From NCBI GenBank assembly GCA_009914755.4, contig CP068257.2, positions 44,768,001-44,832,000 of the forward strand: 64,000 nt of DNA, in the 5' to 3' direction. Within the stretch, counting starts at the first letter, position 1; each line of letters begins with the position of its first letter. Shown one piece after another: positions 42,069 to 55,208 of the stretch. A model generated the notes under the pieces. The model searched no databases and had not been told where the DNA came from. It saw nothing but the letters and a program-made list of their open reading frames with translations. Origin of the DNA: the human T2T-CHM13v2.0 reference genome, Homo sapiens. The translations under genes and the position numbers were made by a program.

Positions 42069-44032
42069 CTGCTGTCCAGGGAGCACCTCCAGCTTTGAAA
42101 GGTCCCAAGTCCAGTTGAAAATCACAAGGAGTTTTTTTCATGGATGTCTCAGACTGTTTCAAACTCAGGGTTTTCCTTTATTGTCTTAATTTCTGGCCTG
42201 TGTTTTAGAGTGTGGAGCCCTGGGGTTGTGCCCACACTGACGCCGCAGTGGGGAACTGAGTGGAGCTGGGTGCTTGCCCCACTTGGAGGTGGCTCCAGGC
42301 GCGTGGGGGACACCCACTGCTCAGATGCAGCCACAGACGCCAAGAGTGTGGTCGACGCTCTAATAGCCCCTGTGGTCCCTATGCTGAGGAGGCTGAGAGG
42401 TCCTGAGCACGGGTGGGGCCCCGGCCACTCTTGGCCACCTCTGGCCGTGCCTGGAATTGAGCCATAAGTGGGCAGGGTAGGTGCTGGAGCTCAGGAAATG
42501 AGGACTCCCCTGCCTCCGCCGCTGCCACCACCACCACTGCTGACAGGCAGAGCCGCCTGGTCCTGAGTGTGGAGATGGCAGAACCTTCTCAGCCCTAGTG
42601 ATTGTGTCTGTGGGACCCCCCAGGCTGCCTCACAGGCCATGTTCTAAGGTACCCACTGGTCTCTGCCCCACTTCCCGGCCTCACGGGAACCCACCTGCAA
42701 GGGCCCCGTGTCACCTGGCGGGAAGCTGTGGCCCAGGGCCTCTGCATCTCTTCTTTGTAAGAGATGTTTTTTAAAATGCATTTTCTCCTCTATACAGAAT
42801 CTAGAAAAGCATATTAAAAAGAAGGAAATGGCCTGTCCTCTGCAGCTGGAAGAGAGGGGCCAAGCAGCTTCAGGGCCTGCCCGCCGCCCTGCTCCCCCGG
42901 CCCTGCTCCCACTGCGCCCCCCCCCAACCCTGCTCCCCCAGCCACGGCCTTGCTCCCCCCGTCTCCGCTCCTCCCCGCACCACCCCGCTCCCCTCAACCC
43001 CACCCTGCTCTGCCGCAGACCTCAGTTTGCATCCATCCTGTGCCACATACGTTATGTTTAAAGTAAAAGTGTTTTCAGTTGTTAGAGATGAACATAGTGT
43101 GCAATTTGGTTTCACACTTTAGTGTTAATATTTGACCTTTTTTGGCATATCGTTAAAATTACAGGAAAGCCTATTTTCAGTCAGTCACACCCGTCGTAGG
43201 CTTCATCATTGCCTCATTTTGCATTTCCCTCTTTTTGGACTTTATTAGATTATTTTTCTCTTCAGGTTTTTATGCAGACGTGTCCTGTGCTTGGGTGTGT
43301 GCTCATGTGGTGGTGACCGCGCTGAGCCTCTGGGCTCTGGGCTCTAGGCTGGTCGTGACACCAGCTTCTCCATAGGGCCGTCTGCTTACCCCTCAGCCTC
43401 TCTGGCGAGACAGTCAAGTGTGTGTCCGGACACCAGCTGCTGCGTAATCGGTGGGATAAAGCAGCCGCCTCGTGTTCACAGACCTGTGGGCAGGGCCTGC
43501 TGGGGATGGTTTTCTCTGCTCCCCGTGCCCAGCACAGGCAGCTTCACCCCACGCTGGTGGTCGGCACTGGCCTCAGCCGGACCACGCACAGAGGCCTCCT
43601 GGGTGGCCATCGTGTGGCCTTCTCGTAGCGTCCCAGGTGGGCAGGGAGTGTGTGATATGTTTGTGATCTCGCTGTGGACATTGGCCTAAAGCCCTGCCCT
43701 GAGCTTTGTCCAGGCTTAGGCGGGGGACGGTGTCCCCCTCAGGGAGCAGGTGGAGTGGAGGAAGTGGCGGGGCCATCTTTGGAGTGGCTTATAGAGAAAT
43801 TCACTCCAAGCCTGGCTTCCGTGTTGTCTCTCTGAAGGTCGGGAGAGGTGGGCTTGAAAACCTTGTAGCTTGAGAAGTGGGTGCCGCCTGTACGAAGCCG
43901 AGGCGGTGCCCTCCCTCTCCACAGCTGCCCGCCCTTCACAGAGTCCTGGCGGCAGCTCGGGGCCGCAGGTGGTGTAGAGCGTGGCTGTGTGGGGTGGCAG
44001 GCAACTCCCTTCTGACGCGCTTTCCCGCCACA

Positions 44033-44173
44033 GGCTTTACTGCAGATGGTGCGTGACGAGAGCCACCAGATCCTGGCGCTGTCAGAAGGCCTTGCACCCC
44101 CAAGCGGCGAGCCACACCCACCCCGGAAGGAAGACGAGATACAGGACATCTCGCTCCATGGGGGAAAGACGCA
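44033..44173 (+). CDS. PCNT: pericentrin coding exon 17; ALLQMVRDESHQILALSEGLAPPSGEPHPPRKEDEIQDISLHGGKTQ
   Basis: Acceptor cgctttcccgccacAG|GCTT; donor ACGCAG|GTTTAT. 141 nt, phase 0 to 0. Confidence 0.75.
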
Positions 44174-44264
44174 GGTTTATTTTGCCCTTCACACACTTCT
44201 TTTCCAAAGGATTTAAGGAGCTTGTGGTAATGGCCGCGTCCTTAGGGCCACGTGGACACTAGGA

Positions 44265-44538
44265 TTTCTTTCTTTTTTTTCTTTTTTTTTTTTTTTTTTT
44301 TTGAGACTCGGCTCACTGCAACCTCCACCACCCCGGGTCAAGCAGTTCTCTGCCTCAGCCTCCCGAGTAGCTGGGATTACAGGTGCATGCCACCATGCCC
44401 AGCTAATTTTTGTATTTTTAGTAGAGACGGGCTTTCACCATCTTAGCTAGGCTGGTCTTGAACTCCAGACCTTGTGATCCACCCGCCTCAGCCTCCCAAA
44501 GTGCTGGGATTACAGGCATGAGCCACCGTGCCTGGCCT
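44265..44538 (-). mobile_element. Alu SINE (antisense; 5' portion of the reverse strand truncated or deleted)
   Basis: A long T tract, then GAGACTCGGCTCACTGCAACCTCCACC...GGCATGAGCCACCGTGCCTGGCC. Confidence 0.8.
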
Positions 44539-45827
44539 AGGATTTTTTTTAGCACGGCCAAAAAGACTGAGGTCCAAGAACCCTGGGGAGGCCTTCCCAT
44601 CTCCCACAGCCAGCGCAGGCTCTCGGGGCAGGTTCCCTGCGGGACGTGGAGGTGTGTGGGGGGCAGAAGGGCTCAGGGCTTTCAGGCCTGTGCCCTGTGT
44701 GAGCCTGCGGGGAGGCTGAGAGTGGTCCCTCCTGGCCATGTGGCCCTGCGGACTCGGCCCATTCCAGCACTTGTCCCCCAGGGCCTCTCCTCCTGCCACT
44801 CGGGTGACTTGCCCTCCGGCCTCATTCCTCCCCTTGGGTCTCTCCTACCTCCCCCTCCACACCCCAAGCCCCAGCAACTGGACCTCAGGGCCTCACCTCT
44901 GTGCTGTCGACCCCGCACCCCACTTTTCCCCAAGTCCTCCCCATCTCCCTGCCTGTCTGCTTCCATCACCAGGGCTTGTGGAGGTTGTGGAGTGGGTGCC
45001 AACTCCCATCACGCTCCCTCCCATCTCCGTGCCCACCCTGTCCTGCCCCTGTGCCTGCCTCTGACTGGGATCAAAGCTTTGTGAGGGAGGGAAGGGCTTT
45101 CTCCCTGTGCCTGGAACGCACAGGGTGTGCTGGTGCCATGGAGAGCCGGTGGGAGGGTCAGCCCCACCCGCCTCCGCTCGCCCCTCCAGCAGGCCCTGGT
45201 TGTGTGCGAGCGGCAGCCTGGCTGGCATTCAGGAGGCTCATTGGTGCTGCACGCTGCCCCTGGGGACCAGCGGGTAGCCCCTTGCAGCCTTAGGTCCCCT
45301 CCAGGCCCTGGGCCTTGAAGGCACAGCAGCAGGAAAAGAGGGAAGGAGCTTTGCTGACATTTTCCTGACCTTACTTTATCGTCTTTTTCAGTCTCTTCTG
45401 TGCTCATGATGGCAGCCTTTGCTTCTCGTGCCTTGAATGGCCCTGGGCAGTGTGTGTCTTCTCTTCTGTCAGGGTCATTTCTGTTTGAACGGCTGTCAGT
45501 CTGCTCAGCTGCCGTAACAGAACACCCCAGACCAGGGGGCTTAAACAGCAGACATTGATTTCACCTGTTGTGGCATCAGGGTGCCCACAGGGTTGGATTC
45601 TGGTGTAGGCGCCCTTCCTGGTTTGCGGACAGCGTCTCCGTGCTGTGTCCTCATATGATGGAGACAGCGAGTGAGCTCTGGTGTCTCTTCCTCTTCTTAA
45701 GAGGCCTCATTTACCCTGAATCACCTCCCGCAGGCCCCATCTCCAAACGCAGTCACACTGCGAACTTTAGGGCACAAGGATGCAGGTGCATTTGTGAGGA
45801 CGCCACGTTTCTTCCTTCTTCCTTTAG

Positions 45828-46001
45828 GAAGTGCCCACCGCGTGCCCCGATTGGAGAGGGGACCTTCTGCAGGTTGTGCAAGAGGCCTTTGAAAAAGAGC
45901 AGGAGATGCAGGGGGTTGAGCTGCAGCCCCGACTCAGTGGCTCAGATCTGGGGGGTCACAGCTCCCTGCTCGAAAGGCTGGAGAAGATCATCCGTGAGCA
46001 G
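45828..46001 (+). CDS. PCNT: pericentrin coding exon 18; EVPTACPDWRGDLLQVVQEAFEKEQEMQGVELQPRLSGSDLGGHSSLLERLEKIIREQ
   Basis: Acceptor tttcttccttcttcctttAG|GAAG; donor GAGCAG|GTGAGT. 174 nt, phase 0 to 0. Confidence 0.85.
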
Positions 46002-46600
46002 GTGAGTGTCAGCTCTGCCACCAGGCCTCAGTTTGCCCCAGGGGTCCAGCCCTGGCAGAGAGGGTGACACAGACTGTTTTGTGTGTGAATTTCGGTTTGT
46101 GTGTTTCTCTCGACCGCTGGAATGTGGCTGTCACTTACCCAGGCGTTGACGCTCAGTCCATGCAGGATGCTGCACTTTTCCACCTGCAGCTGTAACAGGA
46201 CAGGTGTGCTCGAGATGCACCCTCAGGCCTCACTCTTTTCTGAGATAGGTGGCTAAAGAAACGTTCTCCATTCCAAGTAGCCCCTCCTAGGTTGAGAGGT
46301 GCTCTGTGTGCAGGGCTGGGTGGCGTTGGTGCCGTGGGGACACTGGAAATCCTGTTCCTGCCAGCATACACGAGGAAACCTAGTGTTGAGAGTAACTGGC
46401 TTGCAGGCCTCACGCAGGGTAGTGCAGCCCAGCCCTGACGCCTGCAGGCCCCAGAGCTGAGGCCCAGCAGATACTGTGCACCCATCCCAGACTCAGCAGG
46501 CTTGTCCCGGCGGAGCTGGTTTTGAGGGCGGGCAGCAGGGAAGGCCGGGGCATGGGGTGGCTGCCCAATGCTCAGGCTGCTTGTCCCATTGTGCCCCCAG

Positions 46601-46796
46601 GGAGACCTGCAGGAAAAGTCCCTGGAGCATCTTCGCTTGCCGGACCGGAGCAGCCTGCTGTCCGAGATCCAGGCGCTGCGTGCCCAGCTGCGCATGACGC
46701 ACCTGCAGAACCAGGAGAAGCTGCAGCACTTGCGCACGGCGCTGACAAGCGCAGAGGCGCGCGGGAGCCAGCAGGAGCACCAGCTGCGCAGGCAGG
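46601..46796 (+). CDS. PCNT: pericentrin coding exon 19; GDLQEKSLEHLRLPDRSSLLSEIQALRAQLRMTHLQNQEKLQHLRTALTSAEARGSQQEHQLRRQ(+G)
   Basis: Acceptor ttgtcccattgtgcccccAG|GGAG; donor GGCAGG|GTGGGT. Phase 0 in, phase 1 out. A second GT 4 nt downstream would break the frame with exon 20. Confidence 0.8.
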
Positions 46797-47409
46797 GTGG
46801 GTGTCACTGTCTACACTGCCTGGGGCCCGGCCTCTGCACCTGCCCGCCCGACACTCACCTGTGTGGCCTTGGGAGCAGAGGGTGGTGACAGGGCATCATC
46901 TAGTCAAGCCCCTGAGTGTTGCCATGGTTGTCAGCTGATAGGACTGAGCAGAAAGGACCCTGGAGACAGGCAGCGCTGGGTGGGGCTGGCACGGAGGCCT
47001 CACTCTTGGGCCTGATGTGGGCAAGAGGGGCCTGGGTTGGGCTCTGAGTGCTGGCAGATTCTTGGGAGCTCATGCTAGAGTTCAGGAATGTCTCGTAGGT
47101 TTCTACATTTAATTTAGCTTCTTCGGGAGTTTTTATGTAGATGCTCAGGTCATCTGTGGGTAAGTAACGATTTTTTGTTTCTTGCCCGTGTTCTCTCACG
47201 TGCTGTGCCGTCAGCTGTGTGGGCAGATGCCATTCCCTGCTCTTAGTTTTGGGGGCAGGAGCTGGTCTCGTACCATCGCATGTGGGGTCAGGCGCCCTTG
47301 GTCAGCTTGGGCAAGTGCCCTCTGTTCCTAGTTTTGGATTCCGTCAAGGGGAACGGCCTTGCAGTTCAGCCCACGGCCCTTGTCCCGGCGCCCATGCCCT
47401 TTGTGCTCT

Positions 47410-47655
47410 CTGGGGCTGGGGGCCGGCGCTGTGCACATGCTCGTGAGGGGCATGGGTGGGGCTGGCGCTGTGCAAGCGCTTGTCAGGGGCACGGGCAGGG
47501 GGTGCCGGCGCTGTGCGAGCGCTCGTGAGGGGCATGGGGGGGCTGGCGCTGTGCACGTGCTCGTGAGGGGCACAGGGGGGCCGGCACCGTGCGATCGCTC
47601 GTGAGGGGCATGGGGGTGGTGGGCCGGTGCTGTCTGAGTGCTCGTGAGGGGCACT
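47410..47655. repeat. GC-rich ~48-bp tandem repeat, ~5 copies (GGCGCTGTGCACRTGCTCGTGAGGGGCATGGGKGGGGCTG)
   Basis: Tandem units with small indels. Confidence 0.75.
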
Positions 47656-48134
47656 GGTCTGTTTTCTGTTGTGCCTTTTTGGTCTTGGTGCTGGGTAGCG
47701 CCAGCCCCACGGGGTGCGGGAAGTATTTGGGAAGTAGCCCCTCCGCCCTCCGTTGTCTAGAATTGGGGTTATTTCTTCCTTAAGTTTTGGGAGAATTTTC
47801 CAGTAAAGCCACCTGGGCCTGGAGTTCCCTCTGTTGGAGGCAGTTTAGGGTGTGAGTGGGGGTGAGGTGGCATTTTTAGGATGGCCCCAGGGCTATATCA
47901 CTCCTGGACTCTGTGTCTCCCGGCCAGGTGGGTGGGCCCTGGAAGGAAATGGGCCCAGAGGGCAGAATTGAGCATCCTGGTTCCACCCGCAGTGAAAGCT
48001 TCTAGTCCACAGAACCTCCTTTCTTCCCGAAGCACATACACCTCACGCCCCCACGAGTCTGTCTCTAACCTGGTGTCACTTGTGCAGCACGAGGAGCTCA
48101 TGGGGGCCTGTTACTGTTCTTTTGTCTTTCTCAG

Positions 48135-48357
48135 TTGAACTGCTGGCTTATAAAGTAGAGCAGGAGAAGTGCATTGCTGGTGACTTGCAGAAGACGCTGA
48201 GTGAAGAGCAAGAGAAGGCAAACAGCGTGCAGAAGCTCCTGGCGGCGGAGCAGACTGTAGTGCGAGATTTGAAGTCCGACCTCTGTGAGAGCAGGCAGAA
48301 GAGCGAACAGCTGTCCCGGTCCCTCTGCGAGGTGCAGCAGGAGGTCCTCCAGCTGAG
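48135..48357 (+). CDS. PCNT: pericentrin coding exon 20; (V)ELLAYKVEQEKCIAGDLQKTLSEEQEKANSVQKLLAAEQTVVRDLKSDLCESRQKSEQLSRSLCEVQQEVLQL(R)
   Basis: Acceptor ttcttttgtctttctcAG|TTGA; donor GCTGAG|GTGCGC. Phase 1 in, phase 2 out. Confidence 0.8.
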
Positions 48358-48631
48358 GTGCGCCTGATCCCCCTTCCTGGGACACTGGCGGGAGTCCCCC
48401 CGTTGTGCCATGTTTTCTTGGTGATGAAGGGAGACAGAACCTCTGGTGGGCCGCAGTTGGGCAGCCCCAGGGGCACCGCGCCCTGCTGTCCCTGGGTTGA
48501 TAATCCTGTGGTGGGGGGTGAAGCACACGTGTGGGACCTGGCAGGGCTCTGCCTCCCCTCCTGGAGCTCCCAGCCCCCGGGAACACACTCTGGCCCACGT
48601 GGTCAGATTGTTCTGTGATGTCTCCACGCAG

Positions 48632-48782
48632 ATCCATGCTGAGCAGTAAGGAGAACGAGCTGAAGGCCGCGCTTCAGGAGCTGGAGAGTGAGCACGGGAA
48701 GGGGCGTGCCCTGCAGAGCCAGCTGGAGGAGGAGCAGCTGCGGCACCTGCAGAGGGAGAGCCAGAGTGCCAAGGCCCTGGAG
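48632..48782 (+). CDS. PCNT: pericentrin coding exon 21; (R)SMLSSKENELKAALQELESEHGKGRALQSQLEEEQLRHLQRESQSAKALE
   Basis: Acceptor gtgatgtctccacgcAG|ATCC; donor CTGGAG|GTAACA. Phase 2 in, phase 0 out. Confidence 0.8.
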
Positions 48783-49257
48783 GTAACAGGGTGTCAGGGC
48801 AAGGCAGCCGGCATGGGCTGTGTGCACTGGAAGCCTGAAGCCATGCTCCTCTTTCATCCTTCTTTTCCTGTTCTTCATGGCAGTGCACCCAGTTGACAGC
48901 AGTGTGACGTAGCAGGATAGGGCTGTGTTTGCAGGTAAAATTGCACCTTGGTGTAGTGGCAGCCACCACAGGGCGAAGAGTGCGATGACCCGTGGTGGCA
49001 CGATACCCCTGCTCGGAGCCCCCCCCCGTCCCTGAGCACTTGCTGTGGAGATGGACACAGCCTCCTCGCTGGCATCCAGACAGAGCACAGCCTCAGAGGT
49101 CTGTGCACAAGGCAGGCTGGTGGTGGGGCCTCTGCTTTGCATGGCGGAGGCCCAGCAGGCCTGCTGTGGCTTCTGAGCAAGTCTGTGCCAGTTCCATGGG
49201 TTATGGCTTTCAACAGCATGGAAGTGGTGGTTCCTAGCAAGCTGGGTGTGTATCTCT

Positions 49258-49420
49258 GAGCCTCTGGTGGAGTGATTTTCTGAAGAGGGGGCAGGAGCCT
49301 CTGGTGGAGTGATTTTCTGAAGAGGGGGCAGGAGCCTCTGGTGGAGTGATTTTCTGGAGAGGGGGCGGGCAGGGGACATCTCTGAATCATTTTCTGGAGA
49401 GGGACAGACTGGGAACATCT
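49258..49420. repeat. 37-bp tandem repeat, ~4 copies (GAGCCTCTGGTGGAGTGATTTTCTGAAGAGGGGGCAG)
   Basis: Units start at 49258, 49295 and 49332, with a diverged fourth copy. Confidence 0.75.
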
Positions 49421-49653
49421 CTGAACCCAGGACTCAACACCATTTCCGAAAAAAGTATGTCATCTCCGCAGTCTGGGTTTTTTGTTACTTGATGAACTAA
49501 CAAAAAAATGTTGTCCCTACATGTGGCTAATAGGGTGCATTTCAAAAGGTAGAATTGCTGGGCTAAAGTATATAAACAAATGTGGACAGGAAAACCATGT
49601 AGACACTTTTCCTCTTGATTCAGTGTCTCCCATCGTATGTGTTTGCTGTCTAG

Positions 49654-50340
49654 GAGCTGCGGGCGTCTTTGGAGACACAGCGTGCTCAGAGCAGTCGACT
49701 CTGCGTGGCACTGAAACACGAGCAGACGGCCAAGGACAACCTGCAGAAGGAGCTGCGTATCGAGCACTCACGCTGCGAGGCCTTGCTGGCTCAGGAGCGG
49801 AGCCAGCTCTCTGAGCTCCAGAAGGACCTTGCGGCTGAGAAGAGCCGCACCCTGGAGCTGTCAGAGGCCTTGCGGCACGAGCGGCTCCTGACCGAGCAGC
49901 TGAGCCAGAGGACACAGGAGGCTTGCGTGCACCAGGACACACAGGCCCATCACGCTCTGCTGCGGAAGCTGAAGGAGGAGAAGTCCCGGGTGGTGGACTT
50001 GCAAGCGATGCTTGAAAAGGTGCAGCAGCAAGCCCTGCATTCTCAGCAGCAGCTTGAGGCTGAGGCTCAGAAGCACTGTGAGGCGCTCAGGAGAGAGAAG
50101 GAGGTAAGTGCCACACTGAAGTCGACGGTGGAAGCCCTGCACACCCAAAAACGAGAGCTGAGATGCTCTCTGGAGAGAGAGAGGGAGAAACCAGCGTGGT
50201 TGCAGGCAGAATTAGAGCAGTCACACCCACGGTTGAAAGAGCAAGAAGGACGCAAGGCTGCGAGGAGGAGCGCGGAGGCCAGGCAGAGCCCAGCGACTGC
50301 GGAGCAGTGGAGGAAGTGGCAGAGAGACAAGGAGAAGCTG
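49654..50340 (+). CDS. PCNT: pericentrin coding exon 22 (229 codons); ELRASLETQRAQSSRLCVALKHEQTAKDNLQKELRIEHSRCEALLAQERSQLSELQKDLAAEKSRTLELSEALRHERLL...EALRREKEVSATLKSTVEALHTQKRELRCSLEREREKPAWLQAELEQSHPRLKEQEGRKAARRSAEARQSPATAEQWRKWQRDKEKL
   Basis: Acceptor gtgtttgctgtctAG|GAGC; donor AAGCTG|GTGAGA at 50341. A consensus GTAAGT lies in frame inside the exon at 50104. The frame stays open and coiled-coil-like for 79 codons beyond it, so I annotate the long form. Phase 0 to 0 with either donor. Confidence 0.65.
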
Positions 50341-50761
50341 GTGAGAGCCGCCTGCCGGCGGAGCGTCCACACCTAAAAACGATAAGCAATTGGAGTTAGG
50401 ATGGTTCACGTGGGGGACGCGAGATTTATGTCTGGCCCTCTGACCTGGTCTGCTCTGGTCTGTGTGCCCTGACGCTGGCACCACACTGCTGTTACTGTAG
50501 CTTTCTAGAAAGTATTGAAATCAGGAAGTGTGAGTTCTCCAACTTCGTTCTTCCTCTTCAAGATAGTTTCAGCTCTGTGGGGCTTCTTGCTATTCCACAG
50601 GAATTTGAGGATTGGTGTTTGTATTTCTGCAGAACCTGCCACTGGGATTTTCTTAGGGATGGCATTAAATGTGCTGATTGCTCTGGGTAGTATTGACATC
50701 TGGACAGTGTGAGGTCTTTTGATCCACGATTACAGAATGTGTCTCTTCATTTAATTAGGAT

Positions 50762-51052
<291 letters not shown>

Positions 51053-51196
51053 TAGGCCTTCTTTAGTTTCTTTCAGTAGTGTTTCATTGCTTTCAAAATA
51101 TAAGTTTTATACTTTTGTTAAATTTATTTACTTATTTATTTTTTGAGATGGAGTCTCATTCCGTCACTCAGGCTGGAGTGCAGTGGCACGAACTCA

Positions 51197-51530
<334 letters not shown>

Positions 51531-51902
51531 GAATAGTCGTAGTTTTTTTTATCTCCAGAAGCCTTGGAGAGTAGGGAGGTGGTTTGGTGGTACAGACAGT
51601 GTGGCCAAGCATGGCAGGGGCGTCTACACAGGACCCCAGCTGAGGGTGAGACGTGGTGTGTGTGTTTGCCTTTCTCCTGGGCAAGAGCTCATCCTTTGAT
51701 GGAATGCTCAAAGGAGTCTTTACTTTTTGAGAACTTCCTGAAACCACGCCTGAAGTTGCCAGCCAAAACCTTTAATTTTGATTGTTTCTTAAAAAAAATA
51801 GTAACATGAGTGCTTAGAAAATATTTTCTAAGTTGCTTGCTTCAGGATGCATCTTGACCTGTATTTTGAGTGAGGTGGCCCTTCCAGAGTGATTTATTTA
51901 TT

Positions 51903-52203
<301 letters not shown>

Positions 52204-53339
52204 CCAGAGTGTTTTTTACTGAGGATAGTGAATTTGATCTGGATTATAGAACCCTTCTCTAGCTGTAGCCATGGAAGCCTCCCAAGATAGTGGCATGCTG
52301 GATACAATTCCATCTTTTCTAAATAATACAATCTCATTAGTTCCTCTGTATCTTACTTTCCTTACTAGAAAATAGAAAAGATACTCATTCCTGTTTAAGA
52401 GGCCCGAGCATTGAGTGAGGCGCTGTCAGGAGGGTAGAGTTTGAGCTGCACCCTGGTCACCGCAGTGGCAGGGGCGCTGGTGCCACACAGTGCAGGCTCA
52501 GCTGTGGGTCCTCTGGGCTGGGAAGGCCTCAGCTCAGTGCTGGGGTTCCCTCCCTGACACGGCAAGCCGCCTCTGTGTGTCTGCATCTTGGGCCTCTTCC
52601 CGCTGGATCTGTCTTTGTGTTGTCACAAGGAAGCCCCAGCGGCGCTGCTGGGAATCAGAGGCCCTTCAGAGGCTGCTTCGTCCTTCCTTGCCCCATCGTG
52701 CAGTAGACCTTCTGTCCCCTGCCTGGTGGGAGTCGGGCCCTGGGCAGGGGCTCAGGCGCTTGCTGACACGCTTCTCCCGGGCACCAGACATGGCCTGTGC
52801 CCCCGTCCTGCAGAAGGAAAGGCTGCTGCTCCTTGAGGTCTGGCTTAGGAGCTCAGGCCCACGTGGCCACCCAGGCTCAGCCCCAGGGCTGCACTCAGGC
52901 TCATACGTGTGTGCATGTTCACATGCACAAATGTGCCTGTCTGTGTCTATGTTGGTATGAGCGTCTGGGCGTGTGCGTGTACATATGTGGATGAGTGGGA
53001 CCAGGGCACAGGGAAGCGTCATCCGGTCTGTTCTGTTTCAGCTTCTCAGGCTCCTCTCCTTTGGACCCCGCGTGCTTGCCCTGGGCCTGATGAAAGCCTG
53101 ATAGTTTTAAAAACTACGATGGAAACGCTTTTACCACTGAATCATTCTGGGGTGTGTGATTCAGCTGCCTCCATGCTGGAGGGACACAGAGCAGCACAGC
53201 ACGAGGGTGTGCAGTGTGTCAGCTGTGGGTCCCAGTACAGGACCACAGGGGCTGCCTGCCCGAGGGCCTGTTTCTGGTCTGTGAGGGGCCTCCCCTGTAA
53301 CGCGGCTGTGTGTTTTGGGCTTTTGCTTGGCAGTTGTTG

Positions 53340-53968
<629 letters not shown>

Positions 53969-54028
53969 CAGTTTTGTTTTTGGACACTGACGTGAACGTC
54001 TTCTCTGTCTTTTTTCTGTTAACAACAG

Positions 54029-54273
54029 CGAGAATTAGAACTGCAGCGTCAGCGTGACTTGCATAAGATCAAGCAGCTTCAGCAGACAGTGAGAGACCTG
54101 GAGTCGAAGGACGAGGTGCCTGGCAGCCGCCTCCACCTAGGTTCTGCCCGCAGGGCTGCCGGCTCGGATGCGGACCACCTCCGGGAACAGCAGCGAGAGC
54201 TGGAGGCGATGAGGCAGCGGCTGCTCTCTGCCGCCCGGCTTCTCACCAGCTTCACCAGCCAGGCCGTGGACAG
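54029..54273 (+). CDS. PCNT: pericentrin coding exon 23; RELELQRQRDLHKIKQLQQTVRDLESKDEVPGSRLHLGSARRAAGSDADHLREQQRELEAMRQRLLSAARLLTSFTSQAVD(R)
   Basis: Acceptor tttttctgttaacaacAG|CGAG; donor GGACAG|GTGTGC. Phase 0 in, phase 2 out. Confidence 0.8.
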
Positions 54274-54594
54274 GTGTGCACCCACGCCACCTGGCGCTCA
54301 CTGGTCCCTTGCAGCCAACCCTCTGTCCCAGACCCGGCCCGAGGGCTGGGGCGCGTCTGGTGTGAGGCCCCTGCTCCTTTGCACTTAACGCTCTAGTCCT
54401 CTTTCTGAGACTTTGCTGAGGGATTCCGGATTGGCAAGATGGCATGTTCATATTCTAATGTCAGAGAAAAAAATCCTGTGATTCAAAATACGCCTGACGT
54501 GGGGCTTCCATGTTCCTTTGAGGGTTGGCTTGGTTCTCTTTACACTCTGTGTAGTTGCTCACCACCCACAGGGTCGGGTTTGGAGCCTCCTGTG

Positions 54595-54614
54595 CCCCCC
54601 CCCCCCCCCCCCCC
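54595..54614. repeat. C20 homopolymer
   Basis: An uninterrupted run of 20 C on the + strand, ~500 nt upstream of exon 24. Confidence 0.9.
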
Positions 54615-55105
54615 GGCTGGCACTGCCCAGTGTCACTCAAGGCCACTCACACCCAGGATGACGATCGTGATATTTCATATGGGCAGAAAGGGTAATGCTA
54701 ATGTTTGTCTTTTTCCCTATACACAGAAACTCGGCAAACACAGTTCTCCTTTCTATACTTGGACTTAATGTATAGAGCAGCATGATTTCTAAGCAAAGTT
54801 TCACTTAGGACAGCATTTTAAATCATTCATTCCAGAGGAAAGCCACGGGGCCTGGCAGGCGGTGGCTTCCCGTGCTCGGTGGCGCGCCTCCCGGCTGGAG
54901 GTTTCTGAGCTCTGCAGAAGCGTCCAGCCACAGGCCTGTTGCCCCCGTGGGCCCCTGGCTCTGCCTCACGGCTGGACGAAGTGATTCACACACAGGCTCC
55001 TCAGAAACCTGTCTTGTCTCTCTTGAGCCGTGAGCTCTTGTTTAGTTTTGCATAATGGTCACTTGGGGCGCGTATGCAACTTTGAGTGCCCATTTATTTT
55101 TACAG

Positions 55106-55208
55106 GACAGTTAATGATTGGACGTCATCCAATGAGAAAGCAGTGATGTCTTTACTGCACACGTTGGAGGAGCTGAAGTCTGACTTGAGCAGGCCCACCT
55201 CCTCCCAG
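55106..55208 (+). CDS. PCNT: pericentrin coding exon 24; (R)TVNDWTSSNEKAVMSLLHTLEELKSDLSRPTSSQ
   Basis: Acceptor cccatttatttttacAG|GACA; donor TCCCAG|GTAAGG. Phase 2 in, phase 0 out. Confidence 0.8.

Noticed and set aside
42797-43061. An open frame (NLEKHIKKKEMACPLQLEERGQAAS..., then proline-rich) after a very good acceptor, ttttctcctctatacAG
   Set aside because: No usable donor follows; the frame runs into a C-rich low-complexity tract. It is not required for frame continuity, because exons 16 and 17 are both phase 0. It is possibly a decoy acceptor only.
46797-46802. A second GT donor (GG|GTGTCA) 4 nt downstream of the chosen exon-19 donor
   Set aside because: It would leave phase 2 and break the frame with exon 20, whose frame is fixed by an unambiguous downstream coiled-coil translation.
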